Assembly (NCBI GenBank): GCA_964016885.1
Contig: OZ024743.1
Coordinates: 283,092,001 to 283,156,000, forward strand
Direction: 5' to 3'
Origin: Eledone cirrhosa
Lineage: Eukaryota
Length of the DNA: 64,000 nt
Shown here in pieces: positions 1-11,713 of the stretch. A model generated the notes under the pieces. That model was given only the letters and a program-made list of their open reading frames with translations. It did not search any database and was not told the DNA's origin. The position numbers and the translations under genes were made by a program. Position 1 is the first letter of the stretch, and the number at the start of each line of letters is the position of its first letter.

Positions 1-2130
1 GGCGAAGGTCCCCCACCTTCCAACGCCGGAACCTCTGCCATCAGAAACAGAGCAGTCAGCGAAAAAGTCGGGAGCTTCTACAGAGAGTAGGAGGACAACG
101 TCCGTGGCACCCACACCAAAGTCACGGACAACAAAAACAGCGGCGGCAACTGCAGCAACAGAAACAGTCGCACTAGCTGCACCCGTGCCAAGAACGGCAG
201 ACCAGGCTCCACCACCACCACCACCACCACCAACAACAACAAAGACAAATGAGGGGGTAGAACTCATACCCCTCCCCGACCTCTCACAGTCGGACATGGA
301 GTATGAGGCGGCAGAGGAGTGGAAAACGGTTGTCAAAAAAACCCCCCAAAACAAAAAACAAACGTAAAAACACCACAGCTTCGCCCTCCAAAAGCGAAGA
401 CAAAGAGAGAGGGGTAAAGGCTGCAAGGAGACTTGCAGCAACACCATCACCATCACCACGACAAGCATCACCACCAACATCGCAAACACAACAACGCACA
501 CACCTAACAGCAACAACAAGAAAACAGCCCCCCCCCCCAAAGTACACAGCCATAAACATCGCACACAAAGGATTAATGGAACATATAAAACAACACATGG
601 ACATTACAGACTTAAATCACCACACGCCACCAACACCAAGAACATTACCAAATAATATTAACATTGTCGAAATTAAACTCGAAGATTACAAACATTTAAA
701 ACAAAAATTCCCCAACGCAGTTGGGGATTTCAGGGGGTCACTCTCCAAAAGAATCTATACGGATATCATCTTGGAGACACCCATGACCAGCCGAAGGGAC
801 GGCTCTACTGTCCCTTCCCCACATGATCAAGGTAGGGGATCCTTTCTCACTCATCCCGTTCCCCATCCAGCATGGCCGTACTTAGAATAGGCAGTATAAA
901 TGTACGTGGCCTAGGGTCATCTTGGAAGCAGGGTCACCTACTCAACGACCTCAGGTCACTAAACATAGATATGGTGGCCATCAGTGAGACCAAAATCTCC
1001 GAAGCACCGATCTTCGGCGGCTACGATGTATACGCATCTCCCAGCCGTCCAGGATCGGGGTGAGGAGTTGCCGTGCTTTTTCGGAGAGACTTGGATCTCG
1101 CTATATGGGTCATCTTCCTGGACCCAGAAGGTAAGTCGGTGGTGCTGGACGTGACCAGCAGCGAAGGCAATGCTTTCAGGCTAGTAGACGTCTACGCCCC
1201 AACAGGAACAGGACGGCCAGATTTCTTCAGACATCTAGAGACCTTTCTTGGAATGTCCCGCTCTTTAGTGTTAGTGGGCGACTGGAACGGTATCTTAGAT
1301 GCACGCTGGGATTATGTGGGGCTAGTAGACAGGGCAGGAGGGTGTAAAAGCCTCAACAACCTGCTCAGACGTTTTGAACTGTGTGACAGGTATAGACTGG
1401 ATTATCCGAATGTGCCAATGTGGACATAGGCAAACCGCATCGGGTCATCCAGATCGTATTTAGATAGGGTATTCTGTAGGGAAACAGATAAGGCTAGTGT
1501 AGGTTGTCCACAATTTAAAGTAGTCGACTACACAGACCACAAATTTGTGATCTGTGAAGTTGACTTAGATAGACTCCATAGGCAAGAGCCTGGCTACTGG
1601 AAGCTGAACGTATCGTTCCCGGCGCGCAAAGCTTACAGAGACCGGATTAGCGAATTAGTTAAGCGTGCGTTGACGGGTGCGATCGTCAACAACAGATGGT
1701 GGTTTACCCTGAAAAAGGGTATTAGAGTAGAATCGATAAGGTTTAGCAAAGGAGTAGTGATTGAGGAAAATAGAATAGAGGGAGAGTTAGTTAGAAAGCT
1801 AGAAGAGGCGTTTAGGACAGGCATCGCAACCGACGTGCTTGCGGCGAGATTGGCACTCGACCAATTCTTCAACGCAAAGCATACAGGCTGCGTTGTAAGA
1901 GCTAGAGCGCGTGCTCTAAGACACGAGGGGACAAAAGACGTTCAATGGGCCCGGGTGGTGGAGGCGCGACGTGGCAGCAAGTCCACAATTCGGTCTTTGC
2001 CTGATCAAAACGGGCGCATGTTACTCGAACCCGAGCAGATGTGTGAGGCTTTTCAGCAGCACTTTTCTCAACTGTTTGGGAGCGGCGGCGGGCCAGATCG
2101 GAGTATGAAGTTCAGTGCATACCTCGACGT
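1..2130 (+). mobile_element. Decayed Tx1/L1-clade LINE: ORF1 remnant, APE endonuclease and linker of ORF2, 3'-truncated
   Basis: 872-1600 translates to APE-type endonuclease motifs (IGSINVRG, VAISETK, VYAP, LVGDWN, WT...SYLDR, TDH), then 'PGYWKLN' typical of L1/Tx1 ORF2. It is broken by in-frame stops at ~1061 and ~1427. The upstream Pro/Thr/Lys-rich ORFs resemble ORF1. It ends before the RT domain, at a SINE. Confidence 0.88.
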
Positions 2131-2149
2131 CCGCAGTGCAGTATTGCGA

Positions 2150-2302
2150 AAAGCCGATAACAGCTGGTGAAATACTCATTTCTACAGCTGAGTGAATTGG
2201 AGCAACGTGAAATAAAATGTGTCGCTCAAGAACGCAGCTCAAAGCCCGGTCCGAGAAACGAACTCACAACCTCACGATTGTAAGCCCGACGCTGTAATCA
2301 CT
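2150..2302 (-). mobile_element. tRNA-derived SINE, family B
   Basis: Minus strand has a tRNA-like head with B-box (gagttcg), then 'cacattttatttcacgttgctcca...tcagctg'. Related pieces occur at ~31900-32100, 34280-34440, 37315-37490, 41380-41520, 47600-47760, 48330-48500 and 50260-50400. Confidence 0.7.
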
Positions 2303-2972
2303 ATTTACTTTTTAACTTCATTTTCTTGTTGTTTTGTTACTTATTAGTAAGTCCCTCTCAATATGTATTTATAAATTAGATAAAAATAAATTAGATAAAA
2401 ATAAATCATTTAAAATAAACAGTTTTGTAATGTAGGACAAGGAGCGATTTGAAGCAGTGTGGTATCAAATGGGTTAAAGTCATCGCTGTATTTACAAGTG
2501 GACGTATAATGCCTTGTATTAACAACACAGTATTGTACCAGCAATTTGATACAAGCTATGAGGTTTGAAGGTGACCTGTATCACAACTTTCACCAAAGCA
2601 ATGAGTCATCTCCATTCAATGTGTCGCCTCCACCACAAAAGCTATGCTGAAGCAATGTTAGAATCATTTTCACCTGGAAGTACTTATATATATATATTAA
2701 CGGAAAAAATACATAAGATTTTCTAAATTTTACTGAAGTATTACTGGTAAAAGCCAAATGAACTTACGCCAGCCGACAGTCGAAACCTTGTCGCTGTCTC
2801 GACTCTCAAGATGTTTGCCTCTTCTTCTACAGGTATAGCTTTCAAAGTTAACTAGGTCGCTGTTTAATTACTTTTGACGAGATTCAAGAACAGATTACTT
2901 TGAACAGGGACAAGACTACTTTCTATCTTTTGACTAAATACAAGACCAATTTATTTTTACTGGACACACGCA

Positions 2973-2976
<4 letters not shown>

Positions 2977-3051
<75 letters not shown>
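2977..3051. repeat. (CA)n microsatellite
   Basis: Direct reading. Confidence 0.98.
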
Positions 3052-3053
<2 letters not shown>

Positions 3054-3442
3054 TAAGGCAGTATAATTGTCAGAAGAAGTAATAAAAAACTGATTATCGC
3101 ATTTTATCATATGGGCAAATAAAATGTAATCTAGCGCTTTCATCTTCCACGAGACTTATCAATATATAAATTTAGTTGTTATTAAAAGGGTAGCCAAGTA
3201 CTAAGTTTGATATGATTGATTAAAAACTTTCATAGCGGTTCTTCAATAGTAAATGAATATAAGTATGAATGAAAGAACACACACACACACACACACACAC
3301 ACACCTTGTTTAGACTCTGGTATGAAAGATTTTCGGTTGATAGATTTAAGAATTTCGCGATTGATCAGCTGGAGGTTTAATCTGTATCGATCGGGCCCGA
3401 CTCTAGAATCGAATGCTCATTATTAGACTTCTGTTAGCGCAA

Positions 3443-3477
<35 letters not shown>

Positions 3478-3611
3478 AAAATGTTCAAGACCCCGACGGC
3501 AGAGCTCAAGCCGTTTCGACGGCTATATATATATATATATATACAAAATAGCTCGAATTATAATTAGAGTTTTGAGACGCTAGTGTATTAGGATTCTCAG
3601 GAAAATGGAAA

Positions 3612-3745
3612 AAAACTCGGCGCATGGAAGCTGTTAGAACAGCAAAATGCTGTCGAAGTATCGTTGGGTAAAATATTACTACGAGATAATATTTTACCCA
3701 ACGACGGCATTTCGCTGTTCTAACAGCTTCCATGCGCCGAGTTTT
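3612..3745. repeat. ~60-bp-arm inverted repeat between (TA)n tracts
   Basis: aaaactcggcgcatggaagctgttagaacagc...ttgggtaaaatatta pairs with taatattttacccaa...gctgttctaacagcttccatgcgccgagtttt; the left arm has an 8-nt insertion. Confidence 0.92.
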
Positions 3746-3746
3746 C

Positions 3747-3780
<34 letters not shown>

Positions 3781-3785
<5 letters not shown>

Positions 3786-4680
3786 CATTATCGGAGAAAG
3801 CTAATAGCGATACTCAGGCCAAATCCCAACTCACTCAGCAAACATTAGGAAATAGTGAGTATATTCCTAATTAAACGTTCGGGGTGCTAACTAATTGTAT
3901 TGTGTGGAAAATTGGCTGTATCATTCCATATGAGATATATCAAATATATACCTTCCCAGACGGACGTCTCGTTTCATTATAAGATTCCTACAAGTTGGGT
4001 GAAATTATACCAATTTATGTAGGAGCTTGTATAAGATCAACAGATACATATTCAAGTGGGCTCTTATAATTCTTCAGTGGGTGCCCAATAATATTAATAT
4101 TGATAATCAAATCAACATCAATATTTAGCGATAATCACCATCAGTGCTTGAGGTAGCTGCTAGGTTGCTAGCCCAGCAGTTCTAAAGAAATTCTCATACT
4201 GTCTCAAAAAAAAGAGGAAGGAGAATTACCGCCAAAAAACAATACATGCGCAGGTCAATGAATTCTAAAAGGAATTCAAGCCACGTGCTAGAACTCAATT
4301 GGAATTTGAAAAAATATCCATGTGTGTACATCTTATGATGACACACATAGATATTTTCTCGGGCAAAATAACAGAATGAGATACAAGAAACAATCAATAT
4401 TCATATATAAAAATAAACAAATAGAGTCAAACCTTATAACGGGAAGTTCATATCCGTTGCACCAAGAGTAAATATATAAATACATGATCGGAGAAAGCTA
4501 ATAGCGATACTCCGGCCAAATTCCAACTCACTCAACAAACATTAGGAAATAAGTGAGTATATTCCTAATTAAACGTTCGGGGTGCTAACTAATTGTATTG
4601 TGTGGAAAATTGGCTGTATTATTTCATATGAGATATATCAAATATATCTCTTCCCAGACGGACGTCTCGTTTCATTATAA
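3781..4680 (-). mobile_element. Non-coding cassette with ~200-bp direct repeats carrying a hammerhead (Penelope pseudo-LTR/retrozyme-like)
   Basis: ~3781-3981 is repeated at ~4477-4680, with (TA)n on both flanks. A diverged inverted homologue lies at ~14690-14990. Confidence 0.65.
3955..4081 (-). ncRNA. Type I hammerhead ribozyme with expanded, branched stem II
   Basis: Minus strand: CCCA-CTGAAGA-ATTATAAGA-[77 nt]-TCTTATAAT-GAAA-CGAGACGTCCG-TC-TGGG. Core intact, stem I 4 bp, stem II 9 bp, near-palindromic stem III, GUC site. Confidence 0.8.
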
Positions 4681-5096
4681 TATATATATATATATTAAAA
4701 TAACAGATTAAAGTTTAAGCAAAGAATCGCTGCTTTCACCCTTAAAGGGATGTTGTATTCCTGTCTGTTTGTTTGTTCACGAACTCCTCTTATGGTTTTG
4801 GAGATAGACTCCCATAACCATATATATTCTGAAACTACATTGCCCAGGGTACTTGGATAAGCATATTTCCTTTTAATCAAAGGGTTCCCCGGGAGCACAA
4901 AACCTCCGCTGAAAACCCCCGCTGAAAACTTTTTCCCTTCTATTTAGATGAAATTTAAACCATAGGTAAATGACAAGATATGATGCCTATTCACAAAAGT
5001 TTTGAATTGATATTTTGAAAAAAATTATTTACAAGAAACAAAATAGGAATAAAATTTAATAATGTAATTTTGATTTGATATATTACAAATAATAAT

Positions 5097-5281
5097 TGTT
5101 TCTTCTTTTGGCACAAAGCCAGCAATTACCCAGTGCATTATTGGTACTTTATTTTATCGACCCCGTAAGGATGAAAAGTAAAGTCAACCTCGGCGGGATT
5201 TGAACTCAGATCGTAAAGGGACGTAACTATGCTGGAAAGCATGGCGTCCGACCCTCTACCGATACTGCCAATCCACCGCCC
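5097..5281 (-). mobile_element. tRNA-derived SINE, family A (Nin-domain-like core), near full length
   Basis: Minus strand has A-box tggcagtatcgg, B-box gagttcaaatcc and core 'tttcatccttacggggtcgataaaat...agtacca'. Over 15 copies or fragments: ~8137-8320, 8435-8644, 25535-25683, 26008-26215, 26272-26460, 28060-28175, 29375-29510, 30580-30850, 33220-33420, 34735-35125, 57640-58015, 59078-59195, 61020-61110, 63242-63345. Confidence 0.85.
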
Positions 5282-5629
5282 TATTACAAATAATAATGTT
5301 TTTCAATTTTTCATGCATTACATTTTACATTGAGTAATAATGAAATGCAAAGTTTTTCTCCATAAATTATATCACTGATTTAAAATCAATCATCATTTTC
5401 TTACAAAAAAAAAAAAAAAATTGTGTGAAACGCAGTAAGGCGCGGGTAATTTGGCTAGTGTATACATATATTCATTAAAATAACAGATTAAAGTTTAAGC
5501 AAAGAATCGCTGCTTTCACCCTTAACACATACACACACACATATATATGTGTGTGTAGGTATGTAAAAGGTAAACAGAAAAAACAACACAATCGGTACAG
5601 TATATGGAAGGAATATATTAGGTTAACAT

Positions 5630-6755
5630 TAGGTTAAGTAGGAACAATGACATTAAGAAATACATGAACGACACCACAACACTTTGTTTTTAAAATTTTG
5701 AAAGTAGGTTTATAAGTATGAATTTTCGTAAGATATTCGTAGTTGTTTCTGTGGCCTAGTGGTAGTTACTAGAGATGGTGGAGATCCTGGCTTTGGATTC
5801 AATCCTGGTCAAGAGGTACATGTAATCATTTTCAGTTTTTATTTGACAACCAATAGAAAAAAACTGAAAAGGCGAACCCTACTCCCGACCAGGATCGAAC
5901 TTCAGACCAGGATCACCGCCATCTATGATTCCTTCAGCTAGGCCACCGAGACAGCTACAAAACTAAAATGAAAATTGATAATTATAAACCTACTTTCAAA
6001 ATCAAAGTTAGTCTTTTGGCCCTTTGGTAACAACCTTATTATTCCTATGTGTGTTTAACTGTTGAATTAATTTAATTTGATTATTTTAGCAAGCAAATAA
6101 TAGATGTATATATATATATAACGCCAATCATTGTAAGTTTGAATCTGATATGCAAAAACATATATATATGAATAAAGTAAGCCCAAATCATAGTAGATTC
6201 AAATATCACAGAGAGAATGAGAGCAGGGGGTAGGAGAAATGAGGTGCAACAGAAATGAAACATGGATTACAGGTTAAAACATAGTCTAGATAGATGAGAA
6301 ACAAAACGAGGATGTAGGTTATAGAACACCCAAATCATTTAGAAGTCGACCTTAAGCAGGAGCAATAACATTAAGAAAGACATGAACGACATCACAACAC
6401 TTTGTTTTGAAAATTTTGAAAGTAGGTTTATAAGTATGAATTTTCATAAGATTTTCATAGTTGTCTCTGTGGCCTAGCTGTAGGTACTAGAGACGCTGGA
6501 GGTCCTGGCCCTGGTCAAGAGGTACATGTAACCTTTTTTTTATTTTACAACCCACACACAAAAAAACGACCAGGATCGAACTTCAGACGAGGATCACCGC
6601 TGTCTATGATTCGTCCAACTAGGCCACCGAGACAGCTACAAAAATATAATGGAAATTGATAATTATAAACCTACTTTCAAAATCAAAGTTAAAAAGATGT
6701 GGTGTCGTTCACGGCTTTCCTAGAGCTATTAGTAATATTTAGGGTCGACTTCTGG
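5630..6755. mobile_element. Two tandem copies of a ~400-bp fold-back element built from inverted tRNA-like heads
   Basis: ~5630-6010 is similar to ~6350-6690. Each has attttgaaagtaggtttataa...ttataaacctactttcaaaat and inward-facing gtggcctag...gttc(a/g)atcctgg segments. Confidence 0.7.
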
Positions 6756-7005
6756 TCATTATTGAGTCTCTGGATTTCGCAAAATACATATTTTTTATTG
6801 GAGAAGGTAAGATATTTTCCCGCAAAAATTTGATTGCACTGTTTTGTTTCCACTTATATTTTTCGAAAATGTTATTTATTTATTATAAAAAATTAATGAT
6901 AGCATTCTATATGTAGGAATGCCCCCTTCATCTCCTGACAACCAATATTTTTAGACCCAGTCCGCCAGTCCGGGTGAACCTACAGTAACTCCAAGTTATA
7001 CTCCC

Positions 7006-7070
<65 letters not shown>

Positions 7071-7116
7071 AAAGGATAACAAGGACGATTGGTTACTCCT
7101 TCATTAAATTTATTGG

Positions 7117-7205
7117 AAGGTGACGCGCGTTTCGCCACTGATCATCTCAAAATTCGATCTGTATCGATCTTACCCGACTCTATAATCGGCAGCTCGACGG
7201 ACCCT
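7117..7205 (-). ncRNA. Variant-core hammerhead-like motif with branched stem II
   Basis: Minus strand: AGGGT-CCGTCGA-GC-[two hairpins]-GC-GAAA-CGCGCG-TC-ACCTT. The core deviates at positions 4 and 6. Confidence 0.5.
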
Positions 7206-7234
7206 TTAAAATGCTAGTAACTCCAAGTTACACT

Positions 7235-7265
<31 letters not shown>

Positions 7266-7272
<7 letters not shown>

Positions 7273-7727
7273 AAAAAAGATGAAATCGAAAATGCAACTG
7301 GAGTCTTATTTAAAAATAAATATATATATTTATTTGGTTCCTTTACCGATTTCGCAGTTCTTCTGTTTTTCAAAAGTAGAGTTGAGATGGAGGGTCTGTG
7401 GTTTTTCTCAGATCTGGTTGGTCTCTGAATGTTACTTGTTTTATATGGAAAAAGTGGCTCGAAATGCCAGGTTTTTCGAGAAGTAATTTGATTGGTTGGT
7501 CAATAATTATAATAAATTTCGCGCCAGTTCGCGTTACACTTTTTCCATATAAAACAAGTAACATTCAGAAACCAACCAGATGTGATAAAACCACAGACCC
7601 TCCATCTCAACTCTACTTTTGAAAAGCAGAAGAACTGCGAAACCGGTAAAGGAACCAAATAAATATATATATTTTTTTAAAAATAAGACTCCAGCTGCAT
7701 TTTCGATTTCATCTTCTTTTCTTTATA
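7266..7727. repeat. Fold-back element, 191-bp inverted arms (7266-7456 / 7537-7727)
   Basis: The arms are near-identical reverse complements; a solo arm occurs at ~10767-10968. Confidence 0.95.
7616..7651 (+). ncRNA. Minimal hammerhead, U3-A8 core variant
   Basis: CTT-TTGAAAA-GCAG aagaa CTGC-GAAA-CCGG-TA-AAG. Copies at 10797-10832 (+) and 7341-7376 (-). Confidence 0.7.
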
Positions 7728-7792
7728 CTTTCACTCGTGTAGGACACCTCGGTTATTTTTCATTTTGTTAAAAAAAACCTCACTTTCTAATA

Positions 7793-7857
<65 letters not shown>

Positions 7858-8136
7858 GGCGTGTGTATATATACAGGGAGTGTAACGCGGAGTTACTGTA
7901 AGTTTACCCGGGTGAGCACTCGATGTTTAGGTTCACGTCGGTATCGAGGTGTAGAGCTAGACAGAGTGTAGTATAATAAAACAAGGACGAATGGTTACTC
8001 CTTCATTACGTTTATTGGTTGGTGACGCGTGTTTCTGACATTACTAGCACAGAGGTCCGACTAAAAATAAGGTACTACTACTACTATAACTACTACTACT
8101 ACTACTATAACTACTACTACTACTAATAATAATAAT

Positions 8137-8320
8137 TGTTTCTACTTTAGGCACAAGGCCAGCAATTATCCAGTGCATTACTGGTACTTTATTTTATCGA
8201 CCCCGTAAGGATGAAAGGCAAAGTCAACCTCGGCGGGATTTGAACTCAGATCGTAAATGACGTAACTATGCTGGAAAGCATGGCGTCCGACCCTCTACCG
8301 ATACTGCCAATCCACCGCCC
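8137..8320 (-). mobile_element. SINE family A, near full length
   Basis: Nearly identical to 5097-5281; lies beside a (TAC/TAA)n tract. Confidence 0.85.
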
Positions 8321-8705
8321 AATAATAATGGGGAATGTAACGTCAAGTTACTGTAGGTTCACTAGAGTGAGCACTCGATGTGTGTAGTTTCTAGTAGGTA
8401 TATTGGTGTTGTACTAAGCAGAGTGTAATAATGATTTCTAGTATAGGCACAAGGCCAGTAATTTAGGAGGGGGAGTCGATTAAATCGACCCCAGTACGTT
8501 ACTAGTGCTTTATTTTATCGATCTCGTAAGGATGAAAGGCAAAGTTAACCTCGGCGGGATTTGAACTCAGATCATAAAAAGCCGTAACTCTATGCTGCAA
8601 AGCATGGCGTCCGACCCTCTACCGATACTGCCAATCCACTGCTCTAAAGCCAGACTTAATAATACACAACAATTAACGTGGAATCTATTTCAGAGTGTAA
8701 TAATA

Positions 8706-8914
8706 ATAATAAAATGGACGAAGTGTTAAATTTTCATTACGTTTATTGAGGTGTGACGCACGTTTCACGATTGATCAGCTCAAGGTTCAATCTGTATCGA
8801 TCGGGCCCGAGCTTTTGATTCCAGAGTCGGGCCCGATCGATACAGATCGAACCTTAAGCTGATTAAACGCGAAACGTGCGTCATGAAAATTTAACACCAC
8901 GTCCATTTTATTAT
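8706..8914. repeat. Fold-back of hammerhead 3'-half sequence (7117 family)
   Basis: 8754-8810 pairs with 8827-8883 (...gcGAAAcgtgcgTCa); outer arms ~8706-8735 / 8885-8914. Confidence 0.85.
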
Positions 8915-8939
8915 TGTTCTTTGAGTCTCATTGATGTTA

Positions 8940-9200
8940 TTTAAATAGAAAGTTTGTTGAAATGAATATCAAGCCGCTACCTGCAGCCTCAGACATTCAG
9001 CACGTATCGGAGGGTTCTTGCTGTTCCCAGCAAGCATGCCTTTTGAAGTGTTCCAAAAAGCGGGGCTGGACTAATCTTCTTTAACCATCCTTGGAAACTC
9101 TTTGAGATAGTACCTAGTGCGCCTATGACAATCGGGACGACCTTGATTTCATGGCACTTCCAAATCCTTTTTACCTCCCACTTTAAATCCTGGTATTGGT
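8940..9200 (-). mobile_element. 3' fragment of a Dong/R4-like RLE LINE abutting (TAA)n
   Basis: Minus strand translates to YQDLKWEVKRIWKCHEIKVVPIVIGALG, a typical R4/Dong C-terminus. It joins (TTA)n at ~9200. Confidence 0.75.
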
Positions 9201-10052
9201 TATTATTATTATTATTATTATTATTATAATATATATATAATAAAAATTATGTACCACCAACATTGGATTCTACACCTTCGGTCATCTCTCCAACCACCCC
9301 CTCCATATCTTGAAAATATCCAGCAACTCTTCACACATCTGACGGAACTACCTCAGGACCTTACCCACGAACATACACTCACACATTTTTTTCGCACCAC
9401 GCAACCCACATCCACACCACATATAAACACAAACACACACGGGCGTACCCCCACATATACATAACCTCCGGAATCCACACGCCACCTCCCCCACCCCTTG
9501 ATCCCTCTCCTTCCACACGCACGCACACACCGACTTACACCCCACCCCACGCACACACCTTTTCCTGAACATGGAACCTCGTTCTTCCTCAAACTCTCAC
9601 ATACACACACACACGCACTCACGTACACCTACACACAAACACCACCTTCAGCCTTCCCCGCTTCGACCCCCCGCCTCCCTCTCCCAACTCCACCCGCCAC
9701 CACCCTTACACGCCACTTGTCCATCTTATTGTTGTCCATCTTATTGTTTATTCTTGTTTATTTTTACGTTTATTTTTATTTTAAATTTTATTTGTTCTCC
9801 TTCCCCCTTTTTTTGTAAATGTATTTCCACACACCCTCTGAACTCTCTTCCTAACCTATTTACTGGAGAAGGGCTTATGCACGAATTGTCGTCCCCCCCC
9901 CCCGCCTACTCTCAAAAGCGTGAACCTAATAAACCTTTATTTATCTGCCTCTCTGTTTTGTTCCCGTATAAATTTGCACTATATATATATATATATATAT
10001 AGATATATATATATATATATATAAAATAAAGATTATATATATATATACACAG

Positions 10053-10083
<31 letters not shown>

Positions 10084-10179
10084 AAATAAAGATTATACAC
10101 ACACCCACACACACACACACATATATATATATATTATAGATTATGATATATATATATAAAATAAAGATTATATATATAT

Positions 10180-10226
<47 letters not shown>

Positions 10227-10667
10227 ATAACAAGTTATCGTTATAGGTAATCCAGTTATGCCTACAGAAAATTGATCGTTCTATTTTGCTGTTAAGCAGC
10301 ATTTTGTCATACTTTAAAATATGGAACAACTCCATATTGCAAAGTTCGCAGTGGGACATTCCATTACTGTAGGTTTTTGCTCCCGATAATTTCGACCAGC
10401 TAACCCTATATTCTTGGGTTTGTATCCTTAGGCTGCCAGATTTTATTGGCCAGCGTTGTTGTGTTCACTAGTCTACGGTTCTTTATAGAATGTCTGTGAA
10501 TGTACCATCTTTTTTTTTAACTCCCAGCCGTAGAACCTATGTAGTGCCATGCTAAGTTGCCCGAATGTATAGTACACAGGTACACAATATTTGACTCCAG
10601 GCATCTATTTTGTAGTGGTCACTTATCCGGTAAGTGACAGTTACATATATATATATATAATAAAGAT

Positions 10668-10767
<100 letters not shown>

Positions 10768-10967
10768 AAAACCACAGACCTTCCATCTTAACTCTGCTTT
10801 TGAAAAGCAGAAGAACTACGAAACCGGTAAAGGAACCAAATAGATATATATATTTTTTTTAAAATAAGACTCCAGTTGCATTTTCGATTTCATCTTTTTT
10901 TCTTTATACTTTTACTCGTGTAGGACACCGGTTATTTTTCATTTTGTAAAAAAACATCACTTTCTAA

Positions 10968-11003
10968 TATATATATATATATTTGTATATATATATATAT
11001 ATT

Positions 11004-11064
<61 letters not shown>

Positions 11065-11162
11065 ATATATATATATATATTTGTATATATATATATATAT
11101 TTGTATATATATATATATATATTTGTATATATTATATATATTTGTATATATATATATATATT

Positions 11163-11201
<39 letters not shown>

Positions 11202-11256
11202 ATATATATATATATATTTGTATATATATATATATATATTTGTATATATATATATT

Positions 11257-11291
<35 letters not shown>

Positions 11292-11384
11292 ATATATATA
11301 TATATATTTGTATATATATATATTTGTATATATATATATATATTTGTATATATATATATATATTTGTATATATATATATATATT

Positions 11385-11443
<59 letters not shown>

Positions 11444-11452
11444 ATATATATA
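10968..11452. repeat. (TA)n-TTTG compound microsatellite
   Basis: Direct reading; the mirror (TA)n-CAAA array is at ~12413-12861. Confidence 0.97.
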
Positions 11453-11668
11453 TTTCGTTTCTGAATTTGTTTAGCAAGATTCTTTATCTGAAATCGTGTG
11501 TTGAAACCGATATTGTTATACTTTGGGAGGGCCATGTTGCCAATAAGAAACACACGCACCAGTTGCTTTCACTTCAATTTAATTTAATATATATTTATAA
11601 ATTTACAAATTTATAAATTTCTGGTTGGTTGGTTGGTTCCACAACCAGATAGTTGTTTATATATATAT

Positions 11669-11713
11669 AGTCATAGTTCTTTCGTCACACACTCTGTGAC
11701 CTCTTCAGTGACT
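11669..11713 (-). ncRNA. Minimal type I hammerhead (left arm of IR)
   Basis: Reverse complement of 12211-12255. Confidence 0.7.

Noticed and set aside
2752-2795. Hammerhead-like AGC-CAAATGA...GAAA-CCTTG-TC-GCT
   Set aside because: U4 and the essential G5 are altered and stem II is out of register; at best a dead relic.
5097-5281. tRNA-like A/B boxes as tRNA genes
   Set aside because: No cloverleaf; they are heads of multi-copy SINEs.
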